Assembly: GCA_963823665.1 (NCBI GenBank) | Contig: CAWGMQ010000006.1 | Location: forward strand, 1,696,001 to 1,760,000 | Direction of reading: 5' to 3' | Length of the DNA: 64,000 bases | Source of the DNA: an uncultured Planctomycetota bacterium | GTDB lineage: Bacteria; Planctomycetota; Planctomycetia; Isosphaerales; Isosphaeraceae | Part shown: piece by piece, positions 54,724-64,000 of the stretch | How positions within the stretch are numbered: the first letter of the stretch is position 1 | How the letters are laid out: each line of letters opens with the position of its first letter | Translations under genes and position numbers: made by a program | Notes under the pieces: model-generated | Database searches by the model: none | What the model saw: the letters and a program-made list of their open reading frames with translations, nothing else | Told to the model about the DNA's origin: nothing

Positions 54724-55088
54724 TCAATCGAAAAACGACCCCCGATCGCCGAATTGCGCGGAACTCGTATGCCTGCTTCTCGGCGCCGCTCCAGTCCCTC
54801 GCGCGCGCTTTCGGAAATGAGCGCGGCCAGTTCCTTGTACTTTCCTTCCGAAATCTCGCCGGCGGTGTGCCTCTCCTCGATCAGCTTGGCGTCGCCCTCG
54901 ACTTCTTTTGGGTTCTTCAGGGAAATGGCCGTCAGAAGCGCTTCGAACGCCTGAGCGTTCTTGACCTCTCGCCCCGTCGGTTCCCCGCCGCACCCCACCA
55001 GGACGCCCGCCAGCGCGAGAAGAGCGGAAAAGCGGACCCTGCGCCCTATCGCGGACTCGGTCTTTCGACGTTCAGTACGAGTCGGCAC
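54724..55088 (-). CDS. Small lipoprotein coupled to DUF1559 gene (frameshift near 54815)
   Basis: Lipobox LVGC and ALLTAIS. The C-terminus ...AQFGDRGSFFD is in a shifted frame. Start uncertain. Confidence 0.6.
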
Positions 55089-56134
55089 TGACCACCTCCC
55101 CGACCGCACGGCTGCTCAGGGCTTGCCACGCGAGCAGGTTGATCGACTGCTTGATGAATCGAACCGATCCGTCACCCATCAAGACATTCGCCCCACTCGG
55201 GTGCAGCGAATAAAACTCATCCGTGTGACCGAGCGGGCTATTGGGCGGATGGATCACCTGTGGCGACTCGTAGAGCGACGGACCGCTATGCGAGGCCAGA
55301 ATCGCGCCCGGATAGTCATAGTTAATTCCGGCCCCGCCCGTCCCGGCGCTGGCAAACGCGTTGTAGGCGAAATGCCGGTAACCCGGAATAATCCCCACCC
55401 AGCTCGCGTCCGCCAGGTAGGGCGTCTTCTCGCTTGCGAAAACCGTATTGCTCAGGCCGTCGGTCACGCCCGCGTAGCTTACGTGGCTGTTCCGGTAGAT
55501 CGGCCCATTGCAACCCAGAATCGGGTCATCATAATTGGTGGCCGCGGGCTGAATGCTCGTGTCGTTCCAGCCCATGTTGTACTGATAGTTGGCGCGGGCG
55601 AAGTACTGGTTCGCCACCGGAAGCAGGTTCACGTTGGCGTCGACCATCATGCATGTCGCGGTCGGATTATTGGCCGACGGGCATAGGAACACATTGATCT
55701 GAACCGCGACGACGGTGCTGTTGGCAGCGACCCACGTGGGAAGATTGAAATTGGTCGCGCCATACAGCGGCGCCTGCTCGGCGTATGGCAGCAGCATCGC
55801 CAGCCACCCCCACCCTGGCCCCTGATCCATCGTGAATGGGTCCGGATTGTAGCCCGGCACCGCCAGCGACGAGGGCAGCGTCGCGCCGGAAAGCGCAGTT
55901 GCCGCTGCCACAAAGGCTGACGTATCCCGGCACGATACAGCCAACCGCGGTCTCATAATTGGCGATCGCCAGCCCGATCTGCTTCAGATTGTTCGTGCAC
56001 TGGGCCCGCCTCGCAGCCTCTCGTGCATTTTGCACGGCCGGCAAAAGCAGCGCAATCAACACCGCGATGATGGCAATCACCACGAGCAGCTCGATCAGCG
56101 TGAAAGCCCTGGAACGCATCGCGCGGTCTGCCAT
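55072..56134 (-). CDS. DUF1559 prepilin-type protein (frameshift near 55910)
   Basis: [48 protein letters not shown]. Confidence 0.92.
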
Positions 56135-56622
56135 ATTCAGTCCTCAACAATCGACGTTGCTTCGCCCTTCCCACGAGATGTTCACACGAGAGATCCTAAT
56201 CTCGTTTTTTGCATAAAGCAATAGCAAGTTTTGTAGATCCAAAATTCGTCATGCGCCTCGACAAAAATTGCGTCCGACCGAGAGTCGGATGGCGCCAATC
56301 TGGGGCGATAGTAGCGTGGCGGATTGCGTGAGAAGTCATTTGTTTGGTACGCTAGCCGTAACGTGTCCGTTACCCGAGCTTTCCGATCGAAGTCACTTGA
56401 GTCTCGCGATGAGCTTCCGGGAGGCCACTGATGAATCAATTCACGTTGGTCGTCACCGTTGCGGCCGTGCTGGCCTCTGGCGACAAATCGGGTTCATCAA
56501 CTGATCGCAACCAGTCGCGACCGCGGTTGCGCGATACTTCAGAGCACAGCCAGGTTTGAGCCCTCTGTGGACTCGCAAAGATTGTACGTCCCAATCGCCG
56601 ACACACACCACGGAGCCGGGTC

Positions 56623-58579
56623 ATGCTGCACGCAACAGTGCTCGCAATTGTCGTGGCAACTTTCCCTGCCGATGGTGCGTCCGGTCCAACAGCGGCCGAT
56701 CGGAAGACGTATGAGGCGGTGCGGGTCAAAGCCGGCCAGAATCCAGCGGCTCTGGTCAAGCTGGCACTCTGGTGCGAAGCTCACGGTTTGACAGTCGAGC
56801 GCGGCAAGCACCTCATGGAGGCCGTCGGGATCGATCCGGCCAATACCGCGGCGCGAGGGCTGCTCGGGCTGATCTCCTATCGCGGGGATTGGCTCTCGCC
56901 TGAGAACGTTCACGCAAAGCGAGAATCCGACACAGAGCTGGTGACGAAGCTCGAAGCATATCACGCGCGGCGCGCGGACCTTGACGCCCTGCTCCGATCC
57001 AAAAAGAACGACTCGAGCCGCCCTCCGCAAAGCCGCGCTGGCTCACGAGAAGCTGGGAGCCTGGTGCGAGCAGCAGGCGCTGAAGGACGAGGCGCTCGCG
57101 CATTTCACGACGGCCGTTCAGTACGACCCGTATCTCGATGCGCCCTGGAAGCGTCTGGGGTACATCAAGCGTCACGGCCGCTGGATGACGCGCGCGAAGA
57201 TTGCCGCAGAGGAACAGGAAGCGGCCGCCCAGCGCAAGGCCGACCGGTACTGGGAGCCGCTCTTGCGAAAATGGAAGAGCGATCTGCGCGAACCGAGGCG
57301 ACGGCAAGAGGCGGAGAAGTCGCTGGCGATGGTCACCGATCCACGCGCGGTCCCGTCGATCGCGCGCAGCTTCGCCGGCGGCCCGCCCGACGATCAGTTG
57401 AGAGCAAGCGCGATGCTGGGGAGGATCGATGCTCCCGAGTCGACCAAGGAGCTGGCCCGCCTCGCGGTCTCGAGCGCAGCGGAACCGGTGCGCAAAAGCG
57501 CGATCGAGGCCCTGAGAGACCGCGAGCCCCGTGACTACGCCGGACTTCTGATTGCCATGATTCCCCTACCCGTCGAGTACAAGCTGCAGCCTGTCCGAGG
57601 GCCCGGGTCGCAAGGTGCCCTGCTCGTCGACACCCCCCGGTTCACCATGCTGCGCACCTACGACGCACCGGTCGCTTTCACACTGGCGAGCTCATTTCGG
57701 GGCGCCGTGACGGTTGATGAATCGGACGGCATGCCCATCGTGTATCGGGGCGTCGACCTGGACGCGATGAAATTGTTGAATCCGCAGAATCAGATGCTGA
57801 AAATGCGTGAAGTCAAGGCACGGACGGCGCAGCTCCTGTTTGACGCAAACCTGCAGGCCGTCGCCGCGCAAGAGCAGTTGATGGCCGACGTGGGTGCGAT
57901 CGAGGAGTTTAAACTGCAGGCGGCGGCCGCGAGCGAGCGAGTGTTGCCGATTCTTCAGCAGGCGGCACTTGCACCCGCTTCGAGTACCGATCAAGACAGC
58001 CTGTATCAGTGGTGGTACGACCGCCTCGGGTACAGCTACCAGCCCCCGGAAAAAGTGCAGGCCGCGGTGAATGTATTCCCGGAGACCACACCTCCCAGCC
58101 TGACGACGTGTTTCGCGGCCGGGACCCAGGTGCGAACGATCGAAGGGGCACGGCCAATCGAAGAGATTCGCCCCGGTGATCTCGTTCTGAGCCAGGACGT
58201 CACGACCGGCGGGCTCGAATTCCGACCCATCGTGGTCGTTCATCACAACCCGGCGAACCAGACGCTCCGGATCACTCTGAATAACGACGAGATCCTGGCC
58301 GCGAGCATCTATCACCGGTTCTGGCGTCCGGGCGAAGGCTGGGCACAGGCGCGCGAGCTGAAGCCTGGAGACGTGCTGCGAGCGCTCGGCCGTACACTTC
58401 GGGTCGTCGCCGTCGAGCCGGGAGCCGTTGAGCCGCTTTATAACCTCGACGTCGCCCAGAATCGGTGCTTTTTCGTCGGCGAGGGCAACGTGCTGGTCCA
58501 CGACAACACGCTGCCGCCGGCGCGGCAGGCACTCTTTGACGCTCAGCCCGATCTGAGCCTCGCCGGGGGAGGGCGCTGA
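56623..58579 (+). CDS. Secreted HEAT/helical protein with C-terminal Hint domain, copy 1 (frameshift near 57020)
   Basis: Signal-like N-terminus, LALWCEAHGL, HEAT-like repeats. Hint domain CFAAGT...H.FW...LYNLDV...LVHDN at 58109-58507. Confidence 0.85.
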
Positions 58580-58701
58580 GTGATCGGAGTGAAGTCGAGA
58601 CGGAATCTCGCGATACTTCAGGCCGACGCCGGTGTTCACCCCATTGTGGACTCTGCAGCGAAGCACGTCGTCGTCAGCGACGCTCGTCCCGGAGGTGGGT
58701 C

Positions 58702-60615
58702 ATGTTGCACACCGCGTTTATCGCAATCGTCGCAACCATTTTCGCTCCTGACGACACCTCCGGTCAGGCAGCGGTCGACCGAAAGACGTACGAGGCCGTT
58801 CGCGTCAAGGCCGGCCAGAATCCGGGGGCGCTCGTCAAACTTTCGCTCTGGTGCGAGGCTCACGGCCTCACGGCGGAGCGCAGCAAGCACCTCATGGAGG
58901 CGATCGGGATCGATCCGGCCAATACGGCGGCGCGTGGGCTGCTCGGGCTCATTTCTTATCGCGGAGAATGGCTCTCGCCCGAAGAAGTTCGAGTCAAACG
59001 AAAATCGGATGAGGAGCTTGCGCGGAAGCTCGAAGAATACAACGCACGGCGGGCCGAGCTCGATGGCGCGATCAGGAGTAGAAAGAACGACGCAGGCGGC
59101 CGGCACAAAGCTGCGCTGGCACACGAGAAGCTGGGCGCCTGGTGCGAAGAACAGGGACTCAAGGACGAGGCGATCGCCCACTACACCACGGCGGTTCAGC
59201 TCGACCCCTACCTGGATGCGCCGTGGAAGCGTCTCGGGTATGTCAAACATCACGGGCAGTGGCTTTCACGCGAGAATCTCGCCGCCTTCGAGCAGGAGAC
59301 GGCGGCGCAGCACAAGGCCGATCGGCACTGGGAGACGCTGCTGCGCAAATGGAAGGTCGAGCTCGGCGAGAAGAAGAGGCGGAAGCAGGCCGAAGAATCA
59401 CTGGCGGGGGTAACCGACCCTCGAGCCGTTCCGTCGATTGCGCGGATCTTCGGCAAAGGATCCTCGAGCGACCAGTTGACAGCGGTGACGATGCTCGAAC
59501 GAATCGAGGGCCAGGCGTCGTCAAGGGAATTGGCTCGCCTCGCCGTCTTCGGCGATTCGCAGGACGTGCGTGACGCGGCGATCGCCGCGCTCAAGAAGCG
59601 CGAGCCGCGCGACTACGTCGGCGCCCTGATCGATCTGGTGCAGTTCCCCGTGCAATACAAGGTCCAAGCCGTGACCGGGCCTGGATCTCGCGGCGGTCTG
59701 CTGATCGACACTCCGCGATTCAGGCTGCTGCGCACGTATAGCGCGCCGGCGGCGTTTCACCTGACATCGAGCTTCCGCGGCACCGTCGTTTACGACGCGG
59801 ATGGCATGCCCGTCCCGTACCGCGGCGTCGAGCTCCAGCAGATGAGTTCCATGAAACCGGCGCAACAGGTCGCGAAGGAGTTCCAGATCGATATGCGCGC
59901 AGAGAGATGATGGCAGAAGCAAACCTGAAAGCTGCCGCCGCGCAGCAGCAATTGATTGCCGATGTCGGCGCGATCGAGCAATTCAATTTCCAGGCTGCCG
60001 CGATCAATGAGCGCGTCTTGCCGATCCTTCAAGAAACCGTCGGCGCGCCCGCTACCAGCACCGACCCGGATTCACTCAACAAGTGGTGGTACGACAAGCT
60101 CGGTTACAACTACGAGCCGCCGCAGCAAGTGCAGGTTACTCAGAATGCATTCCCGCAGCTTCCGCCTCCCACCCTCACCACGTGCTTCGTGGCCGGGACG
60201 CCGGTGCGGACGATGGAAGGTTTCCAGCCCATCGAGAAGATCCGCACGGGCGACCTGGTGCTCAGCCAGGATATCACCACCGGCGCGCTCGAGTTCCGAC
60301 CGATCCTGGTTGTTCATCACAACCCTCCCAATCGCACGCTGCGGATCACGTTGAGCGACAAGCAGGTCCTGGTGGCGAGCATTTACCATCGGTTCTGGCG
60401 ATCGGGAAAGGGTTGGGCCCAGGCGCGCGAGCTCGAGCCCGGCGACATGCTGCGATCGCTCGGCAGCACACGTGCGGGTCGTTTCGGTTGAGCCGGGATC
60501 GGTCGAGCCGCTCTTTAACCTGGACGTCGCTCAGAATCGTAGCTTCTTCGTCGGCAACGGCAACGTCCTGGTCCACGACAACACGCTGCCGCCAGCGCAG
60601 CCACGATCGCTTTGA
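58702..60615 (+). CDS. Secreted HEAT/helical protein with C-terminal Hint domain, copy 2 (frameshifts near 59905, 60475, possibly 60600)
   Basis: Paralog of copy 1 with Hint CFVAGT at 60183 and LVHDN at 60582. 3' end uncertain. Confidence 0.82.
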
Positions 60616-60764
60616 TCAGCTGCCCGATTTCGAGGCGAGCACGGATGTGCCGCCACTCGAATTAATCGGCATGATCGCAGCGTCGCTCTTGACCCTGTCG
60701 CAAGCACCAGGTAGGCTGTTCTACGACGATTGTCTTAGGTTGACGGTCGCCGGGGAGCCTCGTC

Positions 60765-63700
60765 GTGCACTGGGCTAGCCTGGTCCTCTTCGCGTGCGTT
60801 CAGGTCGACGGGCCGCCACCGCACGCGGAGCCGCTGCGCGGCGTCGTCGTCGACTCTGCCGGCAAGCCGCTTGCCGGAGTGGATGTCTGGCTTGTCGACC
60901 GGATTGTCGCCGACGGGCGAGCGGCCGTCGATTGGCGGAGTGTTGTGGATGGCGGGTCGTCGGGCTTCTCTCGCCGAATTGCAGGCCACGCTTGCGCACA
61001 CGCGAACGAACGACGGCGGAGAGTTCGGCCTCGAGCTTCCCGCGGAGGTCGTGCGAGCCAGGAGCCGATGCCGGTGGCAATCTGGGCTCACGCTGCGCGG
61101 CGGTCGCGTTGCGATGAAACGATTGGCGTCGGCGATTCCCGCGCCCGACCGGAACCGATTCGCCTCGTGATCGAGGAGCCCGGGCACGCGGGCTTCCGGC
61201 TGCTCGGTCCGGACGGCGCTCCGCTCGCCGGTGCCCGCGTCGTGCCAATCGCCTTCGCCCAGACCGCGGTGCCGCGTGAGCTGGCGGAGAAGGTCGGCTC
61301 GGTGGCCGGAGACGACGGGGTCTGTCGTTCTTCCGGCATTTGCACCAGGAGAACTGCGCTGGGTTCGCGTCGATTCGGCGACGCTGGCACGCAGATCATT
61401 CGCACGCTGGGATCGGATACGACGCAGGACAACGCGAGTTTCGGCTCGAGCCTGTCGGTCGCGTATCGGGCCGCGTGGTCACCGACGCCGAGGGCAGCCG
61501 GTCAGCGGGCCTGCGGTGCGGGCGGAAACGCTTCCCGATGGATATGACCTGGGCGGCACGCTGGGAGCTGGCCACGTCACGACCGATGGGAACGGACAAT
61601 TCGAGATTCCGGCGATCGCCGCGGGAGGGTTGTCGCTGGTGCTCGAGCTGCGATCGCGTCCCGACCTTCCGTTTCGCGGTTTACCTCCGGCCAATCAGGT
61701 CGTCGAGGCCGGCCGGACCACGACGATTGGAAATCCGGTTGAAGCGGGCAGTGCACATCGAAGGCACGATCCGTGAGCGGGCGACCGGCTTGCCGATCGC
61801 CGGCGTGAGCCCCCAGATCCCCGACTGGCCTGGCGAGCTGGGGGGTAATTCCAGGGTCGTGACCGATGCTAGCGGAAGGTTCGAAGGATACATGGAAGGC
61901 GCAACAGCCTTACGCTTTTCTTTATTCGACGCCCAAGCCGTATTTTATCCCCGAAACTCCGGACACCTTTCATTTGCTGCCCGCGGGTGCCACCGAATTC
62001 AAGCTGCCGCCCACCGAATTGGTGCGAGGTGAAGCGCTAGGGGGCTCGGTGGTCGACGAGTCGGGTAAGTACGTCTCGGGCGCGCTGGTGCGGGCCTCCT
62101 GGGGCGGCGACGAGAATGTGCTCCAGTCGGTTGCCGTCCGGACCGACTCGAGCGGGCGCTACTTGCTCGAGGGGCTCGACCCGCTCGTTGATTTGCGGCT
62201 CACGGCGGAAACAGACGGGCGGAGCTCGGGCGCTGCTGTCACGGCACGGGTAACCGGCGGATAATGAGGTCAAGCTCACCGTCAGCCGGACAAATACGGT
62301 CGTCCTTTCCGGGCGCGTGGTCGACTCAGCCGGAAGGCCGGTCGAGGGCGCCCTGGTGCGGCTCCAGTCGCAGACCCGCCGCCCCGAGGGACAGACGTGG
62401 CGCACCGACCCGGTGTTCTTCGCTGAGCAGACTGTGCTGCACACGGCCGCGGATGGGCGATTTCAGACTCCCAGCGGAGTGCCTGCTGGCCTCGAGTACG
62501 AGGCATCCGTTACTGCTCCGAATGCGCCCCCGGGCCGGACCGGTCGTGCTCAAGACCGCCGGCGGTCTGGCGGCGGCGTTTGCCGACGTTGTGCTGCACC
62601 GCATCCGAGCCGTCGACGGCTTCGTGCACGACCGCCAGGGCAAGCCGGTTGAAGGCGTCACCGTGTTCCAGTCGGGAGACGGCCCGATGCGCACGCGGAC
62701 GCTCACCGATGCCCGCGGACGATTTCGACTTCCAGGGGTGATCGCAGGCAAGGCGATTCTCTTCGCGCGAAAGGACGGATTTCGCTTCCATGGTCAACCC
62801 GTCGACACCGAGGCGGGCGCGGCGGATCTGACGCTTGCGCGAGTCGAGGAGACCACGCCACTCATGAAAACGCTTGATGGGGCTGCTCGCACGTCAGGAA
62901 GAGCTGACGGTTGCTCGACGGCTGCTTGCGCCCTACGTCGAGAAGATCATGTCCAGGGGCACCGATGTGCAGAAGGTCCAGTGTTCACCGTCCTGGTGCA
63001 GGTGGACCCGGCCCGTGCACTCGAGCTGCTCGACGCAAGCTCCGCCGGCAAGCCGCAGTTTGCGGTGGACAGCTTACGCAGCAATGGTCGCTACCGCGAT
63101 GGCGAGCCAGAGCCCCGACGAAGCCGTCAGCATCGCGGAGGCGATCCACGACTCCGGCTCGCGATCGTGGTGTCTTGACCGACCTTGTTGAAAAGCTTGC
63201 CCGCCTCGGCCGGCGGTCGCAAGGCCGAGCTGCTGGCTCAATCGCAATTGCAAGCGAATGGTGTCAAGCAGCCCGGTATGCGAATCGGGCTAATCGCCCG
63301 CATCGCCGAGCGCTGGCTCGACCTGGGAGAAGAAGAACGGGCGACGGCCTTGCTCGACCAGGGGCGGTCGCTCGCCAAGGAAGTGCCCGCACCGGCCTAT
63401 GAGCTCACAACGTTTGCCGAGGCGCTTGCCCGCATCGACTTGAAAAGCGCGCTTGCGCTCGTCGAGAGCACCAAGAGCCTGGCCAAACGCGGCGACAGGG
63501 TTAACCGCGTCTTCGTCTTCGACCGCGCTTACGGCGAGATTGCCTACCGCGTCGCCGCACGCGATCCGGCCGGCGCCGAAGCCGCGCTGGGCTTGATCGT
63601 CGACTCCCACCGCCGCGGCGGATACGTTGTCGCGGCGTGCTCGCGGATTGTTCTCAAGGACAATGCTCGCGCCCGCCGGCTTGTGGAAACGATCGAAGAC

Positions 63701-64000
63701 CCGATGATCCGAGCTTATGGCCTGGGCAAGCTGGCGCACGCTGCTGGCGAGTACGGACAGGCCGTCGGCGATCGGCTTGCTCACCGAAGCGTTCAAGCGG
63801 CTGGATGAATATCGGGATGACCGGCAAGGTTACTCATCGGCCGATTCCGTGGCTGCGGTGTTACTCGAAGCTGTCGAGGCGGTCGACCCCGCGCGGTTGC
63901 AGGAGACGGTCTGGCGCGCGATCTCGCTACGGGCACCCTTGTTCGACACCCGGGGCGACGGTGTCCTCGGCCGATCTGCTGCCGAGCTCGCCATGAACAT
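60765..64000 (+). CDS. Large secreted protein with carboxypeptidase-regulatory-like (prealbumin-fold) repeats and helical C-terminus; multiple frameshifts, runs off window
   Basis: Repeated G.VVD..G.P..G..V motifs (LRGVVVDSAGKPLAG, GSVVDESGKYVSGA, VDSAGRPVEGA, GFVHDRQGKPVEG) and TD..G.F across frames. Confidence 0.7.

Noticed and set aside
56220..56245. sigma54 promoter upstream of the second DUF1559 gene (TGG...TTGC on minus strand)
   Set aside because: GG-to-GC spacing is not the required 10 nt.
58109..60615. Classical polymorphic toxin-immunity locus
   Set aside because: Only a short tail follows each Hint domain. No toxin domain or immunity ORF is visible.

Overview
High-GC window, most likely from a planctomycete (Isosphaeraceae-like). 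This is inferred from the gene content: DUF1559 prepilin-like proteins, DUF1592/DUF1552, LEPRxLL-type secreted proteins and ECF sigma/Ser-Thr kinase pairs. Many genes are split by single-base indels, probably long-read assembly errors. From left to right: a PEP-CTERM gene, a dipZ remnant, an ABM protein, a Tat-exported Cys-rich copper-storage protein and DUF2254. Next is an unusual divergent module (3.7-4.4 kb): two paralogous 27-aa micro-ORFs ending SEHDLF(L/I)RLFLT(S/G)GGGW, each with its own sigma70-like promoter and RBS, one followed by a stand-alone 61-aa N-terminal piece of ribosomal protein uL2. Then come a lipoprotein-DUF1559-DUF1592-DUF1552 cluster with a candidate sigma54 promoter, and a kdpFABC operon with a truncated KdpD, apparently controlled by an AlgB/KinB-like sigma54 two-component system. 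A ~13-kb cassette is tandemly duplicated: ECF sigma plus membrane Ser/Thr kinase-WD40, divergent from a ~2,600-aa beta-helix/RTX surface protein, with four copies of a GTCCGG-N16/17-GCCT promoter-like motif. The rest holds a collagen/coiled-coil/Ig secreted protein, Uma2, a desaturase, a VOC protein, two genes with in-frame TAA codons, a second DUF1559 pair, two tandem C-terminal Hint-domain proteins, and a carboxypeptidase-regulatory-repeat protein that runs off the end. No rRNA, tRNA, CRISPR array, transposase or integrase was recognised.
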